DNA of 64,000 nt from an uncultured cyanobacterium (GTDB lineage: Bacteria > Cyanobacteriota > Cyanobacteriia > Cyanobacteriales > CAWUOF01). The DNA is taken from positions 2,848,001-2,912,000 of the forward strand of contig CAVUSO010000001.1 in assembly GCA_963744145.1 (NCBI GenBank), in the 5' to 3' direction. Positions 20,755-31,552 of this stretch are shown here, in pieces. Numbering within the stretch: the first letter of the stretch is position 1; each line of letters opens with the position of its first letter. The notes under the pieces are model-generated. The model did no database searches and was not told the origin of the DNA. It was given only the letters and a program-made list of their open reading frames with translations. The position numbers were made by a program, and so were the translations under genes.

Positions 20755-22581
20755 ATGCCGAACCAGTATTTCCAGAACCTTAACAAGCTTGTTTTTTGCT
20801 TTCTAGTAGTTGGTATTTTCCCATTCAAATCAATACCGGTATTAGCTAACACTCAGGATTTTGATCAGCCTAAAAATAACTTAACTGGAGATAATGATGC
20901 AATTGAGCAGATCACATCAGTTTCCCAGTTGTCTGATGTCAAACCAAGTGATTGGGCTTTTCAGGCACTACAATCTTTGGTAGAACGCTATGGCTGTATT
21001 GCTGGGTACAATGACAGAACTTTTCGCGGAAATCGAGCTTTAAGTCGTTATGAATTTGCCGCAGGATTAAATGCTTGTTTAACTAAGATTAACGAATTGT
21101 TGAGTGCAACTTCTAATTCTGTGAATAAAGGAGACTTAACCACAATCCAAAAATTACAGCAAGAATTCGCTACAGAACTAACAGCACTCAGAGGTCGAGT
21201 TGATAGTTTAGAAGCTAGGACAGAAACATTGAAAAAACAAGAGTTTTCTGTAACGACTAAGTTGAGTGGAGAAACTATTTTTAGTTTGTCTGGTGCCTAT
21301 GGTGCTTATAAAGGTGGCAATTCAACATTTATCAACAATACTAACACAGGCACAGGTGCAACCCCAAAACCAGGTAAAGATGCTCAGATAACTTTAGATG
21401 ATCGAGTTCGACTCAATCTTTTAACCAGTTTTTCAGGAAAAGACTTACTGATTACAGGATTACAAGCATATAACTTTGGTGGTGGACCAAGTGCGGCATT
21501 TCCTTCATTCAACACTGGTGGAAGTCTAGGAGGAACTTTAGGTTATGGTGATGTTGTTTTTGGTAACGCTAGTCATACTAGATTAGCATACGAACCTGAG
21601 TTCCCAACCGTTAATCCCCAGACTCTAGCAACTACAGGTGGTAACAATAGCATCAATCTCTACAAACTGCTCTATATTTTTCCAGTCGCAAAGAAGATCA
21701 ATCTTTTTGTGGGAACTAATGCAGAAGTATCAGATGCTTTCCCGGCAATTTTACCTTTTGCTGGAGAAGGACAAGGATCAATTTCTCGCTTTAGTAATCT
21801 CCCTGCGGCTCAAAGAATATCGGGAGGTACTTCTGAGACTGGATTAGCATCAGCTGCAGGATTTATTTGGAATATTTCCGATCAACTTGATTTACGAGGA
21901 TTATATGGTTCAGTGCAAGCAAGTATTCCTGGTAATCAAGGGTTTCCAGGAACTCCTTTAGGTGCTGGTCTATTTGATGGTAGTTATGTAGCAGCGACCC
22001 AATTAACAGTTAAACCAACCAAGACAGTTGATATTGGTCTAAATTATGCTCACAGCTATCACCAGATCAATCTCTTAGCAACAGGTTTAAGCTCATCAGA
22101 TGTTGCTCCGATACTATTTGCACCAAATACAGCGGAATTAGCAAGAAGAAACGGATCAGCTTTAGTCGCGATCGCGAATCAACCAATTCAAATAGATACA
22201 GTTGGTGCAACTGTAGCAATGAGATTAACCCCAACGGTGACTCTAGCTGGATCAGCTACTTACATTTTTAGTAATCTAGTGCGAGTGAATGCTTCTACCA
22301 ATTTTCTGAGCTGGTTAGTTGGTATCCATGTCAAAGACTTAATCGCTAAAGGAAACACAGCCGGAATTGTTTTTGGTAGTCCTCTTTATCGTGATACTAG
22401 CGGTGGTAGAGGTTTGAACCCGGAAACAGCGATTCCTTATCAGGTAGAAGGATATATGAACTTTAAAGTTTCCGATCATATTAGTGTCACTCCAGGGGTC
22501 TTTGTCATCTTTAATCCTGAAGGTTTTAAGGAAAATCCCACAACTTATGTTCCTGTAGTTCGGACTACTTTTACCTTCTAG
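20755..22581 (+). CDS. SLH-domain outer-membrane porin (cyanobacterial OprB / iron-uptake porin family)
   Basis: QITSVSQLSDVKPSDWAFQALQSLVERYGCIAGY, SRYEFAAGL, FSVTTKLSGE, C-terminal RTTFTF. Confidence 0.93.
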   Translation: MPNQYFQNLNKLVFCFLVVGIFPFKSIPVLANTQDFDQPKNNLTGDNDAIEQITSVSQLSDVKPSDWAFQALQSLVERYGCIAGYNDRTFRGNRALSRYEFAAGLNACLTKINELLSATSNSVNKGDLTTIQKLQQEFATELTALRGRVDSLEARTETLKKQEFSVTTKLSGETIFSLSGAYGAYKGGNSTFINNTNTGTGATPKPGKDAQITLDDRVRLNLLTSFSGKDLLITGLQAYNFGGGPSAAFPSFNTGGSLGGTLGYGDVVFGNASHTRLAYEPEFPTVNPQTLATTGGNNSINLYKLLYIFPVAKKINLFVGTNAEVSDAFPAILPFAGEGQGSISRFSNLPAAQRISGGTSETGLASAAGFIWNISDQLDLRGLYGSVQASIPGNQGFPGTPLGAGLFDGSYVAATQLTVKPTKTVDIGLNYAHSYHQINLLATGLSSSDVAPILFAPNTAELARRNGSALVAIANQPIQIDTVGATVAMRLTPTVTLAGSATYIFSNLVRVNASTNFLSWLVGIHVKDLIAKGNTAGIVFGSPLYRDTSGGRGLNPETAIPYQVEGYMNFKVSDHISVTPGVFVIFNPEGFKENPTTYVPVVRTTFTF

Positions 22582-22625
22582 GTTCACGATCGGTTAATGA
22601 TAGAGGTTAGGCAAGTCGTCAACCT

Positions 22626-22862
22626 CTATCCTTTTGCCGTGGCTGGATTGCGAAATGGTTCAAACAGAGCGGTGGTGGTCGCCAGTCTGCCTAATAGTCC
22701 TAGGGCGCTGCGATCGCCTGTTGCTGCGGGATTGGGGACAAAGTAAACATCAATTTGGCGGACTTCACCAGCGACGCGACGAGGTGATTGTATTTCTCCT
22801 AGTGGTGAGAGTAATTCCTCTAGATAGTCTTTCACAAATTGGTCGTGGATGAAGCGAGTCAT
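22626..22862 (-). pseudogene. 5' fragment of a common cyanobacterial hypothetical protein
   Basis: MTRFIHDQFVKDYLEELLSPLG…EVRQIDVYF…FEPFRNP ends after 78 aa; recalled homologues are much longer. Confidence 0.6.
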
Positions 22863-22894
22863 TATGATAGAATGGGATAAAGTAGGAGGGTAAA

Positions 22895-23560
22895 ATGGTA
22901 ACACTGCAACTGCGACAATTGGGTGTACCACCTGGACATCGGGTATTATTTCATGATGTAAATTGGCAGGAATTTGAAGCAATTTTAGCAGAATTGGGAG
23001 AAAAACGTTCTGCCCGATTAGCTTATCTACAGGGAACTTTGGAGATTAGGGTGCCACTACCAGAACATGAGGTAAACAAAGAAACCATCAGTGACATGGT
23101 AAAAATTTTACTAGAGGAACTGGAAATAGATCGAGAATGTTTTGGTTCTACAACCTTCAAACGAGAAGATATGCTCGCAGGAATTGAGCCAGATAACTGC
23201 TTTTATATTCAAAACTATGCTAAAATGATTGGTAAAACTCGCCTAAATTTAACAGTTGATTCACCCCCAGATTTAGCTATAGAAATAGATGTTACTTCCC
23301 CAACACAAATTAGCGCCTATCAAACTTTAGGAGTACCAGAAATCTGGCGGTATGAAAATGGAAAAATCCAAATTTATCTACTACAATCTGGGAAATATAT
23401 AGAGCCTAAAATTAGTCCTACTTTTCCCAGGTTTACCGTAATTGAAGAAATTTCTCGTTTTCTAGAAATGAGTCGGACAATAGGGACAAGTCGGGCACTG
23501 CGAGATTTTCGCAAGTGGGTAAGAGAACAAATAAATCTGATCAAAGGAGTAGAAATATGA
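22895..23560 (+). CDS. Uma2-family (DUF820) endonuclease
   Basis: VNWQEFE, PLPEHE, GSTTFKR, EPDNCFYI, PPDLAIEIDVTS, YQTLGVPEIWRY. Confidence 0.93.
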   Translation: MVTLQLRQLGVPPGHRVLFHDVNWQEFEAILAELGEKRSARLAYLQGTLEIRVPLPEHEVNKETISDMVKILLEELEIDRECFGSTTFKREDMLAGIEPDNCFYIQNYAKMIGKTRLNLTVDSPPDLAIEIDVTSPTQISAYQTLGVPEIWRYENGKIQIYLLQSGKYIEPKISPTFPRFTVIEEISRFLEMSRTIGTSRALRDFRKWVREQINLIKGVEI

Positions 23561-23667
23561 TAGCGATCGCTCTATTTGGTCTCAGTTTTTATTGTTTAGG
23601 TAGCGATCGCGGTCTACTAGGTTTTTCTGGGGAGTGCGATCGCGGTCTAATTTTATTGCTAGGAAAA

Positions 23668-23884
23668 TTAAGGGGATGATGGAGGAAGAGAATCAAGATT
23701 AGCTAGGGCAAAATTGAGAAAGTATTCTGTCCGTGATATCAATTTTTCTGCATCAGTTTCTGTTATATCTGGGTCTACATTATAATCAGCTCTAAGACGA
23801 GTTCTTTCCGCATCAATTGATAGCGGTGCAGTTCTACTGGAACTCAATGGGGAACGTTATCTAATCGCCTCTGTCTGGAGTCAT
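23668..23884 (-). pseudogene. Eroded HEPN-domain gene (partner of upstream MNT)
   Basis: ATGA overlap with the MNT stop (MTPDRGD*), then frameshifted C-terminal remnant VPVELHRY/IDAERTRLRADYNVDPDITETDAEKLISRTEYFL. Confidence 0.65.
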
Positions 23885-24201
23885 ATTGCTAAACCTTCTT
23901 GACGAACATTGCGAAAGAAAGCATTATTTTGATATTGAAATTGTTCATCAGTAGCAAATGCACAGCTAATCAATACATTATGTTCTAAACATAGATGAGC
24001 AATAAAAATACTAATTCGCTCGCTTTCTTGAGAATAGTTAAAGGAATTTTTTAGAACAATTAAAATATCGATATCTGAGTCTGGTCTAGCATCACCCCTA
24101 ACCTGAGAGCCAAAGAGAATAATCTTGTCTAATTGTTGACCGTAGAGTTTTTTAAGACCTTGCTGGGTTTTGGTGATTATTGTTTGAATTTGTTTATTCA
24201 T
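23881..24201 (-). CDS. Minimal nucleotidyltransferase (MNT) antitoxin-like protein
   Basis: IILFGSQVRGDARPDSDIDILIVL; C-terminal FFRNVRQEG. Confidence 0.9.
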   Translation of the reverse strand: MNKQIQTIITKTQQGLKKLYGQQLDKIILFGSQVRGDARPDSDIDILIVLKNSFNYSQESERISIFIAHLCLEHNVLISCAFATDEQFQYQNNAFFRNVRQEGLAI

Positions 24202-24248
24202 ATTTTTGGTTCCCTTGAATTTAGATAATTAGTATTTGGTGAACAATT

Positions 24249-24470
24249 CTATTTTACCAAATACCAAAAAATATCGCCCCTCCCAATAGATCCAGTTGGT
24301 CCAACTGTAGTGTTGATTAATACCAATTGGCTCAGATTGGGACTGGAACTGATCGGGGCAGGAATCATTGGCCCTCTGGAGTCGAGCAGTTGCACGATCG
24401 TCAGATAGGTAATACTCAAAATTAGGGCGATCGCACCAGTAATAATTGCGACAATTTTGCCACGATCCAT
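24249..24470 (-). CDS. Small conserved single-TM hypothetical protein
   Basis: MDRGKIVAIITGAIALILSITYL…QLLDSRGPMIPAP. Confidence 0.65.
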   Translation of the reverse strand: MDRGKIVAIITGAIALILSITYLTIVQLLDSRGPMIPAPISSSPNLSQLVLINTTVGPTGSIGRGDIFWYLVK

Positions 24471-24594
24471 AATTTATCTCGCTTTTTTAATCTCTATGCT
24501 ATCGATCAGCCGAAAATCGACTAAATAGCAAATGTAATATAATTGTATAGCTTCGACTTTATTATTGACTTGATTACCTAAAACAGGGATTGAG

Positions 24595-25575
24595 ATGGAT
24601 TCTGTTGTCAATTTACCAGTTGAATCAGCTACTACGGACTTGATTCCCGTGGTCCAGACTTCTGAACTCAGAAAAGTATATCGGACTGGGTTCTGGCTCA
24701 ATCAAAAAGTTGAGCCATTGAAAGGTTGTAATCTGACGGTATATCAAGGAGAGACTTTTGGATTATTGGGACCAAATGGAGCTGGGAAAACCACCTTACT
24801 AAAAACTTTGTTGGGGATTGCTCGTCCCACTTCTGGACAAGCTTACCTCCTGGGATATCCGATCGGTAATCAACTAGTTAAGCAACGGATCGGCTATTTA
24901 CCAGAAAATGCTTATTACTATGATTATTTAACAGGATGGGAATTTTTAGAATATAGTGCTGGATTATTTCAAATTCCCACTGCTATTGTCCGTCAACGAA
25001 TTCCCCAATTGTTAGATTTGGTAGGTTTAGCCCAATCAACCGCAAAGAAAAAACAGCTCCGTCAATATTCTAAAGGAATGGTACAACGGATTGGGATGGC
25101 TCAAGCCTTAATTAATGAGCCAGAAGTCGTATTTCTGGATGAACCAATGTCAGGATTAGATCCGATGGGTAGGTTTCAAATTCGCGAAATAATTCTGTCT
25201 TTGAAAATGCAAGGAAAAACGATCTTTTTTAATAGCCATATTCTTGCTGATGTGGAGAAAATTTGCGATCGCGTCGCGATTCTTGCTCAAGGTGAATTAA
25301 TTTGTATTGGCTCTATTAACGAACTCTTAGGAACTACTGATAGTTATCGAATTCAAGGTCAAGGTGGAAATTTAGATGTTCTCACCAAATGGTTACCTGA
25401 TTTAAAACTAGAAAATAACTATTGGTCTGGACATTTACAAGGAGAACCCTATGATTTTATATCAAGTTTACGTTTGATGGGAGCAACCATCATCTCGATG
25501 GATTTAGCTCGTCCTTCTTTGGAGGAATTTTTCATGCAACAACTACGTCAAAAAGGGATATATTCTAGTAGTTAA
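24595..25575 (+). CDS. ABC transporter ATP-binding protein (ABC-2 type)
   Basis: GPNGAGKTT, YSKGMVQR, FLDEPMSGLDP, NSH. Confidence 0.95.
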   Translation: MDSVVNLPVESATTDLIPVVQTSELRKVYRTGFWLNQKVEPLKGCNLTVYQGETFGLLGPNGAGKTTLLKTLLGIARPTSGQAYLLGYPIGNQLVKQRIGYLPENAYYYDYLTGWEFLEYSAGLFQIPTAIVRQRIPQLLDLVGLAQSTAKKKQLRQYSKGMVQRIGMAQALINEPEVVFLDEPMSGLDPMGRFQIREIILSLKMQGKTIFFNSHILADVEKICDRVAILAQGELICIGSINELLGTTDSYRIQGQGGNLDVLTKWLPDLKLENNYWSGHLQGEPYDFISSLRLMGATIISMDLARPSLEEFFMQQLRQKGIYSSS

Positions 25576-25629
25576 ATTGGGAGTTTAATTTAAGCGATCG
25601 CTAATAATTTATACCTCAGCAAATCCAAT

Positions 25630-26082
25630 ATGCTCAACAATACTTTTCAAAAAACCTTATATGACCATGATTTTGCGCTCTGGTTAGAAGAGACAGCTAA
25701 CCAGTTAAAAATGCGAGATATTAATAATTTAGATTGGGATAATTTGGTGGAGGAAATCGAAGCTTTGGGGATTGCACAAAAGCATGAGGTAGAAAGTCGT
25801 TTAAAAACTATTTTAGCTCACATTCTCAAAAGATTCTATATATCTTTACCAGATTGTCATCAAGGTTGGCAAGTTACTATTCGTACCCAGCGCAATGATT
25901 TACAGCGTCTGCTCAAAAAATCACCAAGTTTACGGAATCATTTAGTAGCAGAATTTGATAGTCTTTACCAAGAAGCACTCTCGGAAGTGCAGGAAGAATA
26001 TCCGGAAACTCAATTTCCACAGACTTGGGAATTTAGCCGCGATTTGAATACAATTTTAACCGCAATATTCTGGGATAAATGA
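25630..26082 (+). CDS. DUF29-family protein
   Basis: LYDHDFALW, LDWDNLVEEIEALG, HILK, SPSLRN. Confidence 0.92.
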   Translation: MLNNTFQKTLYDHDFALWLEETANQLKMRDINNLDWDNLVEEIEALGIAQKHEVESRLKTILAHILKRFYISLPDCHQGWQVTIRTQRNDLQRLLKKSPSLRNHLVAEFDSLYQEALSEVQEEYPETQFPQTWEFSRDLNTILTAIFWDK

Positions 26083-26124
26083 TATTATTATGATTGATTA
26101 ACAGCTCTTTCGGTATTCATCATC

Positions 26125-27075
26125 ATGACGGAAAAACTTAAACCAGATTGGGCAGGTCATGATCTCCTCTCCCAATTTGTCAACATTCTGATCCAGACAA
26201 AACCTATCTATGCGCTCATGAAACAGCTAGCACGACAGGTCATGATCAAAACAGCCGAAAAAAAAGGTATTCCCTGGCGAAAAAACTATTCCGAATTAGC
26301 TGCTTCCCAAGCTCCACAGCTACTAGCACAAATCACTAATCCAAATATTACCTATCCCGACTACTATTTAGTACCATTCCACGCCTATGAGCAAGGAAAT
26401 TTATGTTGGGAAGCTGCCTTTGAAGCCGAGTCCGCGACCTATGTAATCGCCCTCCGAGTCTGGCCAAAAGAACAGCTTACCTGGCAAGTGGCACAAGACA
26501 GACTGCGCGGTAGTTTTCACCAAATTTTAGGAGAATATGGTCCGAAACAAGTAAAAGATATTCTTGATATAGGTTGTTCTATTGGAATCTCAACTTTAAC
26601 CCTACATCGTTATTATCAAAACCACCAAAATACACCACCTCGGACTGTGGGATTAGACTTATCTCCCTATATGTTGGCAGTAGCAAAAACTCTCGATGTC
26701 AATCAGGAAATCTCCCAATGGATGCACGGACAAGCCGAAAATACAAATTTACCAACCGAGAGTTTTGATTTAGTAACGCTGCAATTTATTACCCATGAAT
26801 TACCCCATCAAGCTACTAAAGCTATTTTCACTGAAGCTCTTCGTCTGTTGCGAAAAGGTGGTTACTTAGCTGTAGTAGATAATAATCCTAAATCCACCGT
26901 AATTCAAAACCTACCGCCACTCCTTTTTACTTTAATGAAAAGTACAGAACCTTGGTCTGATGAATACTATACTTTTAATCTGGAAGCAGAAATGGAAGCA
27001 GTGGGGTTTGAACATAAAATAACAGTTCCTAGCGATCCGCGTCATCGTACTATTATTGCGAAGAAACCGGATTAA
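26125..27075 (+). CDS. Class I SAM-dependent methyltransferase
   Basis: YYLVPFHAYEQGNL, ILDIGCSIG, GLDLSPYML. Confidence 0.9.
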   Translation: MTEKLKPDWAGHDLLSQFVNILIQTKPIYALMKQLARQVMIKTAEKKGIPWRKNYSELAASQAPQLLAQITNPNITYPDYYLVPFHAYEQGNLCWEAAFEAESATYVIALRVWPKEQLTWQVAQDRLRGSFHQILGEYGPKQVKDILDIGCSIGISTLTLHRYYQNHQNTPPRTVGLDLSPYMLAVAKTLDVNQEISQWMHGQAENTNLPTESFDLVTLQFITHELPHQATKAIFTEALRLLRKGGYLAVVDNNPKSTVIQNLPPLLFTLMKSTEPWSDEYYTFNLEAEMEAVGFEHKITVPSDPRHRTIIAKKPD

Positions 27076-27126
27076 AATTTGACCAGAAAATGTTGAGCAG
27101 CGATCGCTTGGTGATTATCAATTGAG

Positions 27127-27978
27127 TTATTGAGCAATAATCTGTTGAACTAATTGTAAAAATTGAGCGCCAATTTCTTCCAATTCTCGATTAGCTTCCT
27201 CATTGGTTATTGATGATTCTGAACTGTTACCTAATGAACTGCTTAATTGTCTTCCCAGTTTATTTATTGCTTCAGGAGAAGAATTAGATACTAATAGTTC
27301 TTTTCCAAAGCGACGGTAAAGGGTTTGAGGTATTTTTTTGGCTGTATATATACTTTGGACAGCAAATTGAGCTAGCGATCGCTGTTGTGATTCTAAAATT
27401 GTTCGGATTCCTGCAATTAGAGGTAATTCTTCATCTTCCAATTTTTCTCTAACATCTTGCACATAAAATAACCAGTCTAGTAAATTTTCAATTGGAAATA
27501 AAGAAGAACCATCATCATTACTATCTTCAAGAAAATCTAAATCAATTCTTTCCGGTGGATTGTTTGGCTCAATTATGGGACGATATCCTAATAATTCAAC
27601 TTCATTTAGGATAGATTTAAACCTCACGGGAACATAAGCAATAGAATCAGGTGGTAATAATTCTGGAGGATTAAAACTATCTGCGTCGGGTAATACTGGA
27701 CAGCAGACTAATTTACCGATTTTTGGTAGATCAAGATCACATATATTAAACAAAGTATTTGCACCCAAGTTCCAAGTATCACTATTTTGTAAATCGGTTT
27801 CTACTTGTATCCAGCACAAATAAGTATGTACCGCATAAACAGCTAGAGTATTGAGATAAACACGCTTACTTTTATCTGCGGAATATTGAGATGAAGCAAA
27901 TTTTTTTGCCCATTCACGCGATTCTGGTTGTAGGGGTATAGTAAGATATTTTTGATGATCAATGGTTGCAGTATTCAT
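27127..27978 (-). CDS. DUF1822-family protein
   Basis: AKKFASSQ…KRVYLNTLAVYAVHTYL, SDTWN, DLDLPKIGKLVCCPV, VELLGY. Confidence 0.85.
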   Translation of the reverse strand: MNTATIDHQKYLTIPLQPESREWAKKFASSQYSADKSKRVYLNTLAVYAVHTYLCWIQVETDLQNSDTWNLGANTLFNICDLDLPKIGKLVCCPVLPDADSFNPPELLPPDSIAYVPVRFKSILNEVELLGYRPIIEPNNPPERIDLDFLEDSNDDGSSLFPIENLLDWLFYVQDVREKLEDEELPLIAGIRTILESQQRSLAQFAVQSIYTAKKIPQTLYRRFGKELLVSNSSPEAINKLGRQLSSSLGNSSESSITNEEANRELEEIGAQFLQLVQQIIAQ

Positions 27979-29527
27979 AATTATTGTCTTCCTTGTGATA
28001 ACTCAATAGCTAACTTTCCTAAGCATTTACGACATTTTCGATCCCAAAAATCTTTTATTTCTTGAGCAGTAACTTGATAATTTTGTTGACTGAGTTCGAC
28101 TACAATTTTGTCAAAGGTTGCTGTCTCCCAAAAACTTAGCACATCGTAGCTATTCACATTACGGTTTACCGCTTGTTCGTTATTCATTGGTTGAACTTGA
28201 TAACCTTGTTGATGTAAATCCTCAGCTATTTTAGCATAAATAGAAAAGTATTCATCATTATAAATTGCCACAATTTCGGATTTTAATAAATGTCCCTGTT
28301 GACCAAGAAACTGGATCACTGTTGTAAATATTTTCTGGGGTGGTTGAAATAGGGGTAATAGTTGCTGTGCTAAAGATTGAGCATCGTAAACTACTTGTTT
28401 TTTGATCACCTTCTTACATTTTTTCAGACTTCCATCAGAATCTTGTATAATTGCCGTTTTTAAAGACTCTAGATTATAGCCTAATTCAATGTAAATACTA
28501 GAGATTATTGGATAAAAATTACGGCTACATTCTGAATAAAATGTCTGTTCTGCAATATGAAAATCCTGAGCGATCGCTCTGATTGTATCCGGTGGTTCTT
28601 TTAAAATCAAACGATCTACTAAAAGCTTGTAATGACATTCTGGAAAACGGGTAACATATCTTGATCTTAGAAATTCAAAAGGATCTTGTTCAAGGTATTC
28701 TTTAACTACCAACAAAAACTGTTGATAATCTTGCGTTGATAATTCATTGATTAAATTCCCTTCTTGTAGCTCTTCTAAAGTAGGAGCATTATATAAATTA
28801 TGGAAGCCATCCGGAATATTATCAATAATATTTTCTCCCGATGTGTCATTATCAAACAGGGGAATATCTAAACTATCAGGCATTTCTTGATCAGAAATAT
28901 ATAGGTCTAAAAGACGCCATTTAATATAATCATTTACCCATGACGCTAAACGCGATATTAAAGATGCTCCACCAGGTTTAAATAACCAAATTCGAGGTAC
29001 TCTCTTAATCGAATTATTTAATTGTTTTGTCGTGTCGTTCTGATTTGAAGATGATTGAATATTAGACATTAATTTTTCTGTCCAATCTCTAATATATCGA
29101 ATCTCTTTCCTGTACTCTTTACTATGAATATTATAGTTGGTGATTTTTTGTAAGTGATTAGATAATTTGCTGACAATTTCACCTGTGCTAGTTCTACAGT
29201 ATTCATTTAAAAGCTCTAAGATCGAATCATTAATAATTAATAGAGGCTTATTTAACCAAATATAAATTTCGGAGTAGACATCATTAAAGTCTGGATGCTC
29301 TGATTTACTGATGAGGTTTTTACTGTGTAATTGATTCCAAATTTTTTGAATGACTCTTTGTTGGTCTTTGCTATTATAATCATAGCTGTAGAGTTGACGA
29401 AAATAGTCTAATAAAGTTTCATCTACTGAATCAACTGGTTGATAACTATTAATCCAGTCTGGAAAGTTGGTATCATTTGGTTGGCACATAGACGCAATTT
29501 CAGGAAATTTATACATCTCTCCTATGA

Positions 29528-31102
29528 CAATACTCCGGACAAAATTAAACTGCAATCGCACCGTAGGAAAGTAGTTCTGAGTAATTGGGATGGCTTTTGA
29601 TCAAAGTCGGCTCCAAATCTAACTTCAAAATAAATTGTTCCAAAAGATGCGCGTTGAAGGCTTGGCGTTTATAAGTAGCCATAGAAAAGATAAAGGGCTC
29701 ATCTTCTTGATGGTTTAATCTGGCTGATAATTTGGCAATATTCAAAGCTGTCAGACTAGCATTAAAATGAAAATCTAATTTGGCCGCATCACGGGCTTGA
29801 CAATCCACTAATCCTGTAAACTGTTTAGCATCACGAAAAATAAATTCAATCTGAAAACGAGCCTGATAATACTCGTAAATTTCCAGGGCTGTCAGCGACA
29901 AATCTGTTGAAAACAAAATTAGATAACCAGTTTTGTCAGGCTGACGCTGATCAACAACCACGACAATTTTAATGTTTCTCTCTAAGGAGACATGATTAAC
30001 TATCGCACTATAAATATTAACTGATTTCTCAACTTCCTGGCACCAAGTCAAACGACTTAAATTAGTGAAATTGACTTTTCCTGCATAGAGACGTGGGCGA
30101 CCACGCTCTTTTTGTTCACCCTGATATAAATAACGCATATTGGCATCAATCCGCAATTTACCTAGGTAATGAAAATTGACAGATATCACCCCATCAACAA
30201 ACTTTTTTTTACTATAGTACCCATCAGCTACTAGGTGGCGTATATCCGATGGAATATAGCTTTGAGCTCTTTTTAGTTGCTCTAAATACTGATCTACTCT
30301 TGTAGCTTCATCCTCTTGATTGTCCGATGTTTTCGGACTAGATTTTCGGGATTTTTTCTGATTTTTTCCTGGCGATTTTTTGGTGGTTTTTCTTGGTGAT
30401 TCTGTGGGCAAAGATGGTGATGTTTGCTGAACAGATAAAGCATAAGCCGTGTTGATATCTAAATCAATAAGTGCGAGCAGAGAAATTTCTAACCCCCGTT
30501 CTGCTTGGCTCTTACTACTATTATAGAAATAATCTTTTCCATAGGTTTTTTTACCACTTTTTTGAATAAATGAACAGTCCATTGCTAAAATTTTTCGACT
30601 CGTGACCGCTAGGGCTAATTGCAGGAGTTGTTTATTTAACTCCAAAAAATTGAAGGAGCGCTGAAAATGGCGTCGATAAGTTTTTTCGTTTAACTGCGAG
30701 TAACGACTTAAATTAGTAAAATTGACTTTACCATAGACTAACAAGATAGTTGTCATTAAGGTTAAGAAAAATTTTTTTTGAGCTTTACTAATCCCAGCAA
30801 GTTGAGTTAAGATGTTTTCTAGAAAATTCATAATTATCGGTCGGGTGGAATTTACTATGTAAATTCTCTCACGATCGATATTTTTTTGGTGATCTCAGTA
30901 AGGAAAAAATTGCGCCCAATCCGTTCGGTTGCCTGATTTGGCCAGAAAATTGTTCAAGTAGAAAACGATTCAGAATCGAAAATATCTGCCAAATCAGGTT
31001 TTCGGCTAGTCCCAGTCTGTCTTTTGGCTATTGGCCGAAAACTATTGGTTAGTCAATTATACCTATAAATAATTTTCTCTCACCAAAGTGTCCGGAGTAT
31101 TG
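29528..31102 (-). mobile_element. 1575-bp insertion sequence (IS4/IS701-like DDE)
   Basis: 14-bp perfect TIR caatactccggaca (29528-29541) / tgtccggagtattg (31089-31102); 6-bp TSD CTATGA at 29522-29527 and 31103-31108. Confidence 0.93.
29545..30831 (-). CDS. DDE transposase, apparently intact
   Basis: AMDCSFIQKSGK, VADGYYS, YQARFQIEFIFRDAKQ (Y-2-R-3-E-6-K-like signature). Confidence 0.92.
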   Translation of the reverse strand: MNFLENILTQLAGISKAQKKFFLTLMTTILLVYGKVNFTNLSRYSQLNEKTYRRHFQRSFNFLELNKQLLQLALAVTSRKILAMDCSFIQKSGKKTYGKDYFYNSSKSQAERGLEISLLALIDLDINTAYALSVQQTSPSLPTESPRKTTKKSPGKNQKKSRKSSPKTSDNQEDEATRVDQYLEQLKRAQSYIPSDIRHLVADGYYSKKKFVDGVISVNFHYLGKLRIDANMRYLYQGEQKERGRPRLYAGKVNFTNLSRLTWCQEVEKSVNIYSAIVNHVSLERNIKIVVVVDQRQPDKTGYLILFSTDLSLTALEIYEYYQARFQIEFIFRDAKQFTGLVDCQARDAAKLDFHFNASLTALNIAKLSARLNHQEDEPFIFSMATYKRQAFNAHLLEQFILKLDLEPTLIKSHPNYSELLSYGAIAV

Positions 31103-31552
31103 CTATGAGTATAACTGAAACTGCGGAAAAAATGACAGGTTGCTTTACTATTTTTAATGGGACTTCCATGATAGCCTCCTTAATGTTTTAGCCCTTAAAA
31201 CTTTTCCCCGTCTGATTTATATAACGTAGGGGCGTAGTGTAATGATTCGTAATGCGAGGTAGCGCGATGCTAAATCTCCGCTTCCACCAAAGAAAATGAA
31301 GCTCATAAAAAAGTTCCTCTTTTGACTTTGATAATTAAGAATCGGAATGTAGGATCTAAATTATTCAATTTTAGATATGTCCTTGCGACTTACCCAATTA
31401 TTCAGGTTGATCGGGTATATTAGTGTGATCTGTGGGGTAGGGCGGGTTTATAATAGCGATCGGTTAGTCATAAAATTGATCGGTGAACCCGCCCCTAGGG
31501 TTATCGGCAAATATAGAATGAAATTTATGGTCAAATATGCAATGAAAATTCG

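Larger units (their letters stand above)
27981..31169 (-). pseudogene. Sigma-70/ECF-like HTH protein gene interrupted by IS after codon 22
   Basis: AAGGAGG RBS (31175-31181) and ATG at 31169; removing the IS and one CTATGA copy gives in-frame MEVPLKIVKQPVIFSAVSVILIG-EMYKFPE…; body has SWVNDYIKWRLLDL…SLD and two QD..G/E..HTH-like C-terminal units. Confidence 0.75.

Noticed and set aside
29528..29561. N-terminus MRLQFNFVRSIV of the 526-aa ORF
   Set aside because: Encoded by the IS end; the original start is reconstructed at 31169
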